Shown here in pieces: positions 1 through 14,960 of a stretch of 64,000 bases of DNA (positions within the stretch are counted from its first letter, which is position 1; each line of letters starts with the position of its first letter). Made by a program: the position numbers and the translations under genes. The notes under the pieces were generated by a model that was not told where the DNA came from, searched no databases, and saw only the letters and a list, made by a program, of their open reading frames with translations. The stretch is from contig OX597815.1 in NCBI GenBank assembly GCA_951406725.2, forward strand, positions 31,372,001-31,436,000, given 5' to 3'. Origin of the DNA: Octopus vulgaris (taxonomy: Eukaryota).

Positions 1-347
1 AGAAGAAGAAGAAGAAGAAGGAGAAGAAGGAGAAGAAGAAGAAGAAGAAATAGAAGAAGAAAAGAAGAAGAAATAGAAGAAGAAATAGAAGGAGAAGAAG
101 AAAGAGAAGAAGAAGAAAAAGAAGAAGAAAGAAGAAGGAGAAGAAGAAGAAGAAGAAGAAGAAGAAGAAGAAGAAGAAGAAGAAGAAGAAGAAGAAGAAG
201 AAGAAGAAGAAGAAGAAGAAGAAGAAGAAGAAGAAGAAGAAGAAGAAGAAGAAGAAGAAGAAGAAGAAGAAGAAGAAGAAGAAGAAGAAGAAGAAGAAGA
301 AGAAGAAGAAGAAGAAGAAGAAGAAGAAGAAGAAGAAGAAGAAGAAA
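1..347. repeat. (GAA)n polypurine microsatellite, essentially pure from ~140 to 346
   Basis: Read directly; the window starts inside the tract. Confidence 0.97.
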
Positions 348-2365
348 ATGTGTGCACGAAAACAAAAACATTAAAAAAAGAAGGCATTCTGATGCCGGTC
401 GTGAAGACGTAGTAATAAATTTACTAGAGAATAAAGAAAAAAGAGAGAAAGAACGGAACTGAGAGAAAGTGAGTGAGTAAGTAAGGGAGAATAGACATAC
501 AACAATAACATAAACACGCCGCAACGCCTTATCTACTACTACTACTACTACTACTATTACTGCTGCTGCGACTATTATTACAACTACTATTACTGCTAGA
601 TTGCTGGGGAAGATATGAAGGAGGGGGAGGAAGAAGAAACATGCTGTCCGGCTTTGAAATAACTTTGCATTCAAAACTAGCGCTCGCTCTGCTTTTTCTT
701 TAAAAACTACAAACAGTCGGCTTTTGTTTTGATTTGTTTTTTGTCTTTTGTTTTATTATTATTATTATTATTGTGTTAAGGGACCCGATTTTTAACACTC
801 TTACTATTCCCCGCTTTCTATAGGACTAACAACGACAGCGGCGATGATGATGATGATGATGATGATAATTATTAGGGACGACGGTTAACAGTAACAGTAA
901 ACTCCAGTTTCATTTCAACATGTTAACCCGTTCCGAGCAAACAAAAAAAAAAAGGGCAAGCTAAGACTTTCAGCAGTGGCAACTAAATTACAACAACAAC
1001 AGCAGCAGCAGCAGCAGCAATAACGATAATCATAACAGCAAACAGCAACAACAATAGGATGAAGACTTAAGTGCTCGCTTCTTAGTCGGGACAGAAAAAA
1101 TTTCTTTTCGGAATTAACCACATTAATAATTTGCAACAGTTCTATATACGGCTTTAATCACAAACAACATTAAATTGTGGAGACGTATGATGAGTACATC
1201 TAAACACAACATTAAACAACAAATGTAACAGTATATATATATATATATATTAATAACTTTTAGTAGGCAGGTCTCAGAACTTCCCCCAACGCACACACGT
1301 ATAAACACCACGCTCACTCTTTCAGAGAAAAAGTTTACCAAAAAAAAACAAAAAAAACATTACGAAATTAGCATGCAACAACAATAATTATAACGGTTAA
1401 AGAGCCTCGAGTCGTTTCGTGGCATCAAACTACAAGCAAACTATATAACAACGATAGCAACAATTATTATCAATCAAGCTACGCCCTCCATTACAAGTTG
1501 GGCCCTTATTATTTTTTTTTTTAAACAAGCCAAAAAAAAAAAAAAATATCATTAAAAAAAAAAAAACAAGGTCGGAAAAAGTATACAAAATAAACCACCA
1601 ACATTTATTAATACCAAACAGGAGTAACCAATTCGTTACCAGCTGACTAAAAAAAACCAGTTTGGGGAATTTTACCATAAGCGCCGGTTAACTTGGATAT
1701 ATGTATAAACGCACGCAGGACAGCAGAGGGAGCCTTTAAAGGAGTACACAGACATCACTACGAGCAACAACTACAATAAGAACTGCAAGCAGCTTTTAAA
1801 TAAACTACTGGTACTACTACTACTACTGCTGCTACGACTATTATAAGTTCTAACAAGCCAGGGCCAAGAACGGAAGGAATTATGTACCGCTCTTACAACT
1901 ACTACGACTACTAGCTGCTGCAGGCGAACCCTCATTTTACCCGGACGAGGGGGAAAAGAAAAATGATTTAAAGAACAAACATAACATACCGACAACAACA
2001 ACAACAACAATAATAATTACCACTACTTCTGCAACAAGTTAAAACAGACAGGATTTCTAAATATACAACACACACATATATATATATATATATATACATA
2101 TATAATATAAATCTCTTTCGTACGACGTATATATACAAACACAAACACACACACACACACACATACTTCCCTACCACGTTTACACAATACGACGGATGAT
2201 GATATTAAGAATTTTATATAATACGATAATCATTTGTTATCACACAAGTAAGAATATAAGCCACAGTTTGTTTTTTATGTATATTTTATGAATTAACCAT
2301 TGAATTTTCCTTGTTGTTATTAGAATTTTGACATATTATTATCATTATCATTATTATCATTATTA

Positions 2366-2402
<37 letters not shown>

Positions 2403-2541
2403 CGATGCGTATAGTTTGATAATTTCGAATGTAATGCATGTTATTGTTACGTGTGTGCTGGACTTGTCGATGATAGCATAGAATAAACGGATGTAAACAG
2501 TGTAAGAAAGTTTCACAACTTTTTGCCGAAGAGTATACGTC

Positions 2542-2588
<47 letters not shown>

Positions 2589-2972
2589 CGTGTGTGAGTG
2601 CTAGAGAGGGTGTAAAAAAGAGAATCGCATTCATAGAGATAGAATAAACGAAACAGTGGTAAAAGGAATATATAGAAGAAAGACAGAAAGAGAAGAAAAA
2701 AAAAGACCGGCGGTTTTACTCTGAAATCAGTGCTTTCGTCCTCATAACACTTGAGTTTTTCGCTGTCTCGTTATAAGATTATTATTTTTTTTTTTTATAT
2801 ATATACTTGTTTGTTGACAACGGCAACAATGATAAGAGGAGGTAGAAAAGGAGGAGCTGGAAGCTGAAAGTAAAGTGGAAGCAAAAATAGTATGTAAATA
2901 GTATAACGTGAGCGAGAGAGGAAGAAAGAGAGAGAGAGAGCGAGAGAGAAGAAGAGAGAGAAAGTTTACAAA

Positions 2973-5900
2973 ATGTTGTCAATGGTAAATCCAATCAAAT
3001 GGTTGCCCCACTCTTACAGTCACATGGCCAGCGCCGACTGTGCTTTCAAAGTCAGTGTAACAGCAGCAACTGAGGTGGTGGCAGCAGCGGTAACAATATC
3101 AACAATAACTACGCCAACAGCAGCAGCAGCAGCAGCCGTTTCAGCTGACGGGAACAAACTTACCAAATCGCACACATCTGTGCCGTCACTGAGACGGGAC
3201 TTGTTTAGTTTAGCACTGCTCTCTGCAATGCACAGGAGTACAACTTATACAACGACGATAACAAGGAGCAGGACGACCGCTATGTTATTATTATTATTGC
3301 AGATCTCAATGTTAAGTGCCTTGTTCTTTGGCTCGGCCAGTGCACAGGTCAGTAAAGCGGACAGTGGGATTTTAAAATCGAGCGAGATCTTCATTGAAAA
3401 GAAAAGTATAGAAGTAAATTATGGACGTACTGTATATATTGACCCTTACAGCGATTTACAATTACATGTTGGTAAAGGGGACCGCTGCCTAATTAGCGTT
3501 TTAGAAACGGACAGTTTGTCGCATAAGCCCGGAAAGTTGACACCAGTAAGGTTTCCTTGTCAATTTAAGCCATACCAAGTATCTTACACCCATTTTGGTG
3601 GTCAGAGCCCCGAGGAGGATTACGTCCCAATGCAAATACGCTATGACACAGAGACTGCAACAAAAATTATTCCTTTTGTTTTACATATAAAACTTTCTTT
3701 CAAACCCCTGGAAATTGTCACTAATAATTTACCACTCCCGGTTCGGAACTTACTCAGCTACAGTCAACCGTTCACGAAGAGTAATACTCATTTTACTTAT
3801 GACCCTTCCAAAGTCACATGTAAAGTGACCGTTCTTAGCCCTGCAACTGGTTTGCCCAAGTATGGGCGCATAATCAACGATACTACAACTTTGACAATGA
3901 TGGACTGCGACCAATTTCTTCTTGCGAACGTAAGATACCAGCACACAGCAAGAAGTAAATCCCCGAGGAAGGATTATGTTCCGCTATTGGTAGAAGCTGT
4001 TGACCAAAACGGGACATTGGTCAAGCAGGAATATTTTCATAAAATGATTAAAATTCGAGCTGGTAAAAAGAACTCATCGCCTAAAGTTAATTCGGATTGT
4101 ACCCTAATACTTGATGTTGACCAGTTTGCAATGACTGCAATCACACCGGAAATTTTGGCCGCTTACGATACAGAAACGCCAGCTGACCAGCTGATTTTTA
4201 ACATAACAGAACCACTTGCTGCCGAGAAAGGATTTCTCATATCAACAGATGACCCCGAACTTCCCATTAATTCTTTTCGACAAAAAGATATTAAAAAACT
4301 GAAAATCGTTTACAAACCTCCAACTGGAGATTCTGATAAACAGCGTCGAGTTATAGAAATTCCTTTACAAGTTATAGACGGTGATAAATCAGTTTCGAAA
4401 GACATCAACCTAACTGTGGTGGTCCGACAAATGAACAGTCTTGCCCCGGTAGTTATTAAAAACTTTGGTGTCCAGTTATTCGAAGGCCAGTCAGGTGTGC
4501 TGTCAAGTGCGGATAATTTACAGATCATGGATGTTGATAATATCAACGATGTTACTATTACAGTTATTCGAGGATCAGTTCATGGCCAAATTTTTGTAAA
4601 CAATTTACCCAGGAAATATTTTACTCCGAAGGATCTCGACAATAATGAGGTTAGTTATAATCATGATGGCTCCGATACTTTCAGTGATAACATAGTATTC
4701 AGAATGACCGATGGTACACATAAAGTTGATTTTCTCTTTCCAGTTGCTATCTACGCATTGGATGACGAGGCCCCGACATTGACTGTAAACACGGGATTAG
4801 AAATACGTAAGAACGAACTTGCAGATATCACACCATTCGTTCTTAGTGCATCTGATATTGACAGTGAAGATAGTACCATTCGCTTTATCACAGAACCACC
4901 TTTTTCAAAACAAGGTCATCTTCTGCTTCGAAAATTTCAGGTATCACCTTCTGAGGATATATCTGGATGGAAGTTTGTCAATGGAGCATACGAAAAACCA
5001 GTGAGGGAATTCACTCAACAAGACATCCTTGACGGGAAAGTATTTTACCGGCATGTTGGACCCCATCACTCGGATTTTGTTACTGATAAAATGAAATTTA
5101 AACTGGTGGATAACGGTGACCCACCTAATGAATCTCAATTCCACAATTTTGTGTTTAAGATCTTCCCTGTTGATGATCGACCACCTTACCTAGATTCCCG
5201 GAGTACTCTTTTTATGAATGTAGATGATGCAAAACTAACACCTTTTAAAAAGAAGTTTCTTCGTTACACAGACGATGATTCTGATGACCGTCAGATTACC
5301 TACACCATAACCTCTCCCCTCCGTGACACCAATGCTAACACACTGTTGGACGTCGGGGAATTGGTTCACTGCAACAAACAGAAGTCGAAACTGGTTACGT
5401 TTACTCAGTCACAACTGAACCACCATAAGGCCTGCTATAAGCACCCCACTGAGCAGCTTGGACTTGTTGCCAGACTCCTGAAATTTACGTTTGATGTGCA
5501 AGATATATCTGGGAATGTATTGAAAGATCAGGAATTTATCATAAAACTTCGTTCTGTCAGTAATAAACCTCCTCGTGTTCTAAACAACGGTTTGCACGTT
5601 ATAAAAAATGGAGAAGCTGTCATAACCACCGATATTTTAAATGCAGAAGACAATGATACAAAAGACAAGGATATATTTTTCATCATTGAAGTCGAACCAA
5701 AGCATGGAGTTATCCGTAAAAATGTTGACATCCTTACCGCCGGACAAATATTTTCTAAACAAGATATAATCAATCGAGTAATTTTCTATCAAAACAACGG
5801 AGACGAAGAAGATTCGGACAAATTTTCTTTGACTGTTACAGACAGTGTCCACAAGTTACCAGTGAATGTTAAAGTCTTCGTGTCGGATGTGGGCAATAAA

Positions 5901-8253
5901 GAAGCAAAATTTATCAGAACTGCAGATGGCAACGAATTATTACATACTTCTATCGAAGTCAATGAAATGGGTACTGTTGTAATAACAGAGGACTTTCTGA
6001 AAACAGCCGTTACAGACTCGGATGATCGGAAATTTACCTTTATTATTACGAAGCATCCTCTGGAAGGAGTAATTCTAACACAAAAATTTACACGACAAGA
6101 TATCATTAATAAGAAAGTAAAATATCAACACACTACAGGCGAGATTGGGACAAAACCAGAAAAGGATAGTTTTGAACTAATGCTAACTGACGAATCGGAC
6201 AGTCTCGTTGTTGGTGGCCAAAAAGTTGAACAAATAAGAGTGGATGTCAAAATCTTACCGGTGGATAATAAGTTACCTGTTGTAAATGTTGCAGATATTT
6301 ACACAGTTAGTGAGAGTGAAAAGAATCCGATTTTAACATCTCACCTTAATGTTCATGATGAAGACACCGAAGATGAAGACATTATTTGTACTTTAGTCGT
6401 GCGTCCAAACTTTGGCTATCTAGAAAATATTTCTCCAGCGCCTATCAGCGGCAAATCACAAAAAGGAATACCAATTTCTGCTTTCAGCAATAAGCATTTG
6501 CAACTGGGAAACATCAATTATGTCCAGAGTTTCCACGAAGGTGTTGAGGAACGAAGTGATAGCTTTATTATTATGTGTTCTGACGGAATAAACTTTTCAG
6601 AACGATATGTTTTCCCCATAGTTATATTACCAGAAAACGATGAAACTCCTCGCCTTTTCATGCGAGAATTTGTTGTCGCCGAAGGAATGTTACTAACTAT
6701 TGAAAACGCTATTCTAAATGCCACAGATAAAGATCAGCCAAAGGACGTATTGACTTTTGTAATTGATGAACTCCCGAAACACGGTGTTCTTGGTAAACAA
6801 ACCCTAGCAGGTACCATAAAGATAACTAACTTCACTCTCTCTGATATAGTTCAGGACTCAACAATTTTATATGAACATGACGGTTCAGAGTCGCCCGAAG
6901 ATTATTTCAAGTTTACTCTAACTGATGGCAAACACAATATAACAAATACTCTTCCAATTACAATTATTCTAGTTGATGATGAAACTCCCAGACTTACTGT
7001 CAATACTGGATTGGAAATAGAAAAGATCGGAACAATAAAAACAATATCTAATAAGTATCTTAAAGCTGAAGATCCAGATTCAGAAAACGAGACAATCATG
7101 TATATTGTTCGAGGGCCACCTAAATATGGCTATCTACAACGAATCAGCAATGGACATTTATTGCGTAACCTCAGCACAGGTGATAATTTCACTCAGTATG
7201 ATATTGACCAAAAACGCATTCAGTATGAACATAATGGAGCTGATGTCGTTAGGGACATTATCAAATTCGATCTTACTGATAACCACAACATGTTGACTGA
7301 CCAGTATTTTTATATCACTGTCAAAGGTCAAAGAGAAGTTACACAACAAATAATCAACAGAGGTGTTGAACTTCCCGAAAGTGGTTGGATTACCTTGACC
7401 ACTGATTTGCTCACCGGAACAAATTTGAAAATACACAACAAAGAACTGCAATTTGTGCTTACTCGTTCACCAACCAGAGGACATTTGGAAAACTTACATA
7501 AACCAGGAGAACCTATAATTAATTTTTCTTTGGATGAATTAGCCGCTGATGAAATAATATACGTTCACACGAGCAATGACGAAATGAAAATGGATAGTTT
7601 AATGTTTGAAGTGACTGATGAATACAGCCAGGTTATGTTAACCTTTAGGATCTCATTGACCGATGTTGACAACAAAAAACCTGTGATTACGTTTGATGTA
7701 TTACGGGTAAACGAAGGTAGTTCAAAACTTCTCACTTTGTCTGAACTTAAAGTTGATGATAGGGATACAAATGACAATAACATTGAATTTACTATTACTC
7801 AAGTGCCGCTTCATGGAAATCTTTTACACAACTACTCACGTATCGTAACCAGATTTACACAGGCTGACATCGCTAACAACCTAATTAGCTACCAACACGA
7901 TGGTTCCGACACACAATCTGATAGTTTCTCTTTTATGGTAACAGACGGAATCCATTCAGATTTCTATGTCTTCCCCGGTACCAGTTATTCGAAACGTCAT
8001 CCCCAGACGATGAATATTGAAATAGAAGAAGTTGACAATGGAATCCCCTTGATTTCTGTTAACGAAGGAGCATCTTTCTTAACTGTATTAGAAAACGGGA
8101 AAATGGGATTCGTCTTGTCTGAAGACGTCCTTAAGTCCCAAGATCATGATACCCAGGATGAGGAATTACGTTATTCTTTGACTGTACCTCCAAAGTTTGG
8201 ATCATTGTCTAATACCAAGCACGGAACTTCTAGAATCACCACATGGACCCAAG
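2973..8253 (+). CDS. FREM2: FRAS1-related extracellular matrix protein (FREM2/ECM3-like), giant first coding exon; gene continues after a phase-1 intron
   Basis: 1760 open codons. Hydrophobic signal peptide MLLLLLQISMLSALFFGSASA from ATG 3282. NV-like region (IEVNYGRTVYIDP...GDRC...FPCQF...VSYTHFG). Repeated CSPG motifs (ITPEILAAYDTETPADQLIFNI, FTQQDILDGKVFYRH, DDETPRL twice, YQHDGSDTQSDSFSFMVTDG). Donor CAAG|GTAAGA at 8253/8254 after ...TTWTQ. Family is secure; exact orthology needs a phylogeny. Confidence 0.9.
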
Positions 8254-10240
8254 GTAAGACTGTTTACATTATATTACTTTCTGATAGATTGTATTTCATA
8301 CATGTTCATACAGTCATTGAAAATGAGATCTTAGAACGTAGATGTATGTTTGTTCTTTTATGTGTTATTTTCTCTCTATAGTTTCGTCGCAGAACAGTAA
8401 ACATGTCAGTTGTTATTTAGCGTGGTGAATGACACGAAGTGTAAAAAATCAATATATATTTCGGTAAAAGTGGCGAATTGACAGAAGTACACCAGATTAA
8501 ATGTCCCGCCGTATTTACTTTCATTCAAACAACATTCTGAGTTCAAAATATGCTTCTATTGACTTTGTCTTTCATATTTTAGAGAATCGATGAAACAGCT
8601 ACCAGCTTTTTGTTGTTTTTCTACCTAGGAAACTCTGTTCGAGTAAATCTATGATCGATAGAATTCATACTGAGCCATACCGACATTTTAGGGATATTTA
8701 GTGCAACATTATCTAATGTGTCTACGTTTCTAAGTGTTGTACTCCGAGGAAAATTTTGCTGTTAGTTCTAGCGGATAAGAGTGATTCCGTATAGTTTTCT
8801 TCTACCAGTATGCACCAGCCAGAGCCAAAACTAAACTTTGAAGCTAATGAAATTACTATTTATTTAGATATACAACGATTATCGATAAACCATTGACAAA
8901 ACTAAGTTCGTGAGTTTCTTACAGTTGCCAATCAGAACCTTTTCAATTATATTAGTGCATGTGTTTATTTGGCAAGAATAAAATGACCATCCCGAAATAT
9001 AACAATATCTGTTTCCACACACGATTTCACATCAGGAATCTTGCAAAACAAATTCATAAACGTATATCAGCATTATCCTTGGGGAAATGAATGACCACCC
9101 CATCTTTCATGTCCTCCCGCCTTTCCTCAAGTCAAGTGGTACTGATCGTCCAAAGAAGAATACTCCATTCCGATTGCGAGAAATCAAGTTATTGAGATTT
9201 GTTATAAATCGATATTGATTATGTCACTTACGTGGTTGTAACAGATCGGTGTAGGTTATTTTCCGTCTAATGAATGACAGGTCAGGGTTTAATTAATTAT
9301 TTAACTAGACAGCATGTTCAGCATGATCTGTACAGAAGTTGCGTGTCGGAGAATATGTGACTTGTATAATGTAATGAACTATTATCATTTATACATTTAA
9401 TCTTATAACTACACGTTACTAATTTCATTGCAGTGTCCAAACATCTCAATAACAGTATTGTTAATTCATGTTGCAAGAAGCCTTATCATTTGCTTTCACC
9501 ATACTAAACTGCACATCAAAATCTTTAAGTCCATGGAGGACTGCGCCTTTTGAGTGACACTCATTCGATTCTTTCCGACGTAATTTTCAAAACTTTTTTT
9601 GTTTTTATATATAGAACGAGTGAAAAGGTGAAAACGGGGTAAACATAATTCATGTTAGCTAAAAAGTTGGCAAAATATGCATCGAGGAAGGTGTGACGAC
9701 GGCAACACGTGCTGAATGAATATCGACAAGTAAAACAGATGATAGATGTTGCGTACATTATCTTTCTTTCACTTTCTATCTTTCTCTCTCTCCCATTACA
9801 GATATATATATATATGTAGATATATGTATATTCATGTCTTAAGGGGAGAAATCATATTTCACACCAGTGAAGTTCTGCCTGGTTACGATCAAATAAGCAC
9901 CTGACATGTGTGAACGATGCACCAACAGCGGCACACACATACACACACACACGCTAAGGGCACCACTATAGGTATATGCATTCACGCACACAAGCACACG
10001 CACGCATGCACGCACACACACGCGCGCACGCTAACACACATACATGCATATATATATACGGTTAGATTGACTGTTAAAGATGTGTTTCTAAATTCATAAG
10101 AACAATGAACATCAACTGAATAATGGAGCCCGTACATGTATAGAATCATATTTTTGCTATAACTTGTTGACAAGCACAAAGTTTCGGAGCCTACACAAGC
10201 TGTCTGAAGAAATATGCATTTAAATATCTGTGGGTATGCT

Positions 10241-10284
<44 letters not shown>

Positions 10285-10569
10285 TAGATATGTTTCGACC
10301 AAAGATTGGTCCAGGCCATGTCTAACTTAATAGCACCACCTGATAGGATTATTCGAATCCTGTTTAAGTCAAGTTACATGTATGTATGTATTTGTATATC
10401 CACATTTAATGTGGTTTTAGAGTCAAGTTTCGGCTGCTATTTCCAGCGTGGTGGTATCTCTTAGATACCCTAAATTATAATTTTAATAATAATTATTACC
10501 TTTGAGGGTTTTTATTCCCATGCTGGCCACTTGATAAGATCGATATTTAAATAACAATTTTATCCTTAA

Positions 10570-11872
<1,303 letters not shown>

Positions 11873-13012
11873 AATAGATACATACATACGTGTGTGTGTG
11901 TTTGTGTATCGAAACGTGCTGTCAAAAGTTACGGTAAACTTTGCTTCTCGACTTAGAATTTATTCCCAATTGCAAATATTATTCTTGCTCATTTTGGTAA
12001 TTCTCATGAACCATGCGATGAGCATGACATAATCTGACTTCATTTTTTTTGTTCCGATACCTGTATCTGTTCCTTTCTTTTTCACTTCATCTCGGCCAGA
12101 ACTTACATAACGCGTATAGAATCAGTTACCTAGCTATTGTATATTAACTTCTATAACACCTAAATGAAAAAACGTAGCCTCTAACAATTCGTTGGTTGTT
12201 GTAATCATTGTAATCATTGAATCAATGCTGAGTATACTATTTAGTGATATGCTAAACACTGAATCTGCTACCAATTTTGTCTATTTATCACTTATGCAAT
12301 TTGGATAATCACATGGACAACAATATCTCAGTTTTCCCGTTGAACGTCTGTTCTAAGCGAAGGACCTTTTCTGTACAATCCACTTAATAATATATCGTAA
12401 CAAGTCTATCATAATCGTTTTCTTCATTATTTACTTTGTGGTAATGAGTCGACGAGTTAGTCATTTGTGATAATTAGTGCTGATAGTGATTTATATCAAT
12501 AATTGTCCAATAATTGATTGTCACAGTAGTTGTTATAATGATTTATTACTCTGCCGCAATGTTTCTGCGCCCCGTTGAATTGATCCCAGTAGGTCGATTT
12601 TATCATTTTATCAAACTTTGAACAATGAAAGACAAAAGTTGAATCCAATATAACTTGAATTGAAGCACGTAGAGGAATGAATGTCGATAGTATAAACTAT
12701 TATTTAATCCAGCTTTGTATTGTTTCTGTTATACACAATTACCTTAGCTATTATTATAGATATCCTAATGTTGTCTTCCATTGGCACAAAGCCGTAAAAT
12801 TTCTTGCGGGCAACAAACAATACAAGTAATTGAATAAATCTCTGTACACACATGGCTAATACGTATTTCATAGACTTCGGCAGTGGCGGATGAAACAATA
12901 TTAATAATAATAATAATGATAATAATAATTGTAACAATAAGAGTATTGCATTAAGTAGATAAGAAGGTATATGCCGTATGTATGCAATCCAGTACACTAC
13001 GGACATGCCAGG

Positions 13013-13090
13013 AGGCTTGATACATTGACCAGTAATAATGACGATCATTCTGTTGATCACTATTATTACTGGTCAATTCGGATCAATCCT
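13013..13090. ncRNA. Candidate pre-miRNA-like hairpin
   Basis: ATTGACCAGTAATAAT (13024-13039) is the exact reverse complement of ATTATTACTGGTCAAT (13062-13077), with further GATCA/TGATC pairing, a 6-nt loop and a basal AGG-TTGAT/ATCAA-CCT stem. Confidence 0.4.
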
Positions 13091-13197
13091 GTTGATGAGT
13101 TATCAGTTGCATCAGCTATCCATCCATCCATTCATCCATACACACATGCACATGCATATATGAGTAAACATATATGGACATAAACACACACACACAG

Positions 13198-13252
<55 letters not shown>

Positions 13253-13253
13253 C

Positions 13254-13306
<53 letters not shown>

Positions 13307-13380
13307 CATACATATACATATATATATATACATATATATAAAAAAATATATATAAAACATATATATATACATATATACAT

Positions 13381-13465
<85 letters not shown>

Positions 13466-13536
13466 TACCAGTTACACGTTGCGTTATTTAAGTTTTCGGT
13501 TATATGTTTTGCAAGTTTAAAATCTGTTATATTATA

Positions 13537-13775
13537 TTGGGATGTCCGGAAAGTTCGTGCCGCTTCTAAAAGGAAAGAAAAAGGTCAATAAATACTTGCC
13601 ATTATATTTTTAATCAACCAAATATGAATCATTTTGTTGCACAATGCGTCTCCACCTTTCCTTTAACTTGAAAATACCCTCTTCCCAGAAATCCTATTCT
13701 ATGGACTTAACCATGTTCTAAAATAACTCGAAAGGTAAGCTACTATAAATCGGCACGAACTTTACGGTAACCCAA
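13537..13775 (-). mobile_element. Internally deleted mariner (Tc1/mariner) element / MITE
   Basis: Imperfect TIRs TTGGGATGTCCGGAAAGTTCGTGCCG / CGGCACGAACTTTACGGTAACCCAA with TA on both flanks. Minus strand 13690-13610 reads FWEEGIFKLKERWRRIVQQNDSYLVD*, a typical mariner transposase C-terminus. Confidence 0.88.
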
Positions 13776-14004
13776 TATATTGGTTTTAAATTTTGACATA
13801 AGGCCAGCTGTAGTCACCTCAATATTCAACTGGTACTTAGACCCCGAAAGGACGAAAGGAAAAGTCGACCTCGGTGGTATTTGAACTCAGAACGTAGTGT
13901 AGAATGAAATACCGCTAAACATTTTTCTGATGTGGATAACAATTCCGAAGAAATTTCTTATCGAATAACAAATCAATAAGCTTTACTTTTATTTTTGTTA
14001 TAGC

Positions 14005-14145
14005 AGCGCGGGCGTGGCTGTGTGGTAAGAAGCTTGCTTTCCAACCACACGGTTCCAGGTTTGGACAAGGGTCTTCTACTGTAGCCTCGTGCCGATCGAA
14101 GCCTTGTGAGTGGATTTGGTAGACGGAACCTAAAAGACACCCATC

Positions 14146-14217
<72 letters not shown>

Positions 14218-14450
14218 ATGTATGAATATGTATGTATTTGTGTTTGTCCCCTCGTTACCGCTTGACAACCGGTGCTGGTGTATTTAGGTTCACGTAACGT
14301 AGCGGTTCGGCAAAAGGTAACCGATAGAATGAGTACTAGGCTTTAAAAATAAGTCCTGGGATCGATTTGTTTAACTAAAAGCCCTTCAGTGCGTTGCCCC
14401 AGCATGACCGCAGTCAACTGGGTGAAACAAGATAGAGAATAAAAAATTAA
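14005..14450 (+). mobile_element. tRNA-derived SINE family B (CORE-like, internal microsatellite)
   Basis: Head GTGGCTGTGTGGTAAG...GGTTCC, internal (TA)n/(TG)n, tail CCCCAGCATGACCGCAGTC...TGAAACAAG; homologous to 18434-18881. Confidence 0.85.
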
Positions 14451-14744
14451 AAGTTGCACTAGGACATGATCTGGGTTGTTTAATGCGTCAGGACTTTAGT
14501 CTTTTTTCTAATAAAAATGCTATGAATAAACAAATGCATTTTGTATAAAACAAGGGGATACATTTCCGTTGTCATAGCAACCATGCCATTACTATCAGAC
14601 ACTAATTAAAGCTGGTGGAGAACTGTGAGGTTCTGGCCTGTGAGTAACGTATTAGTAATTCTCAACTTCTGCCATTACAGTCAACGACATCCCTTTGTCT
14701 ATCAATCGATGTTGATCCTAAAGAATTAAACTCAGATTATAAAG

Positions 14745-14960
14745 GTTATTTCTAATTTAGGCACAGGGCCTGCAGTTTGGGAGCGAGGGTCTTGAGCGAT
14801 TACATCAACCACAGGACATGATTGGTTTTTTTGTCGGCATCCTCCGAAAGGATGAAAGGCAAAACTGGAGTCGGCGGGATTTGAAATTAGAACGTGATGC
14901 GCCGCCGCAAAAAATATCACCGCACGATATTTTGTCCGATCTTCTAAAGACTCTGCAAAT
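14745..14960 (-). mobile_element. Degenerate SINE family A (Meta-domain-like)
   Basis: Reverse complement of TTTGCCTTTCATCCTTTCGG and of the tRNA-like head. Confidence 0.7.

Noticed and set aside
8254-8381. Last 42 codons of the 1802-aa ORF
   Set aside because: Read-through past a strong GTAAGA donor; CSPG similarity stops there.
10280-10330. Hammerhead-like GACCAA/TTGGTC-GAAA-CATA-TC on the minus strand
   Set aside because: No CUGANGA box upstream of the stem.
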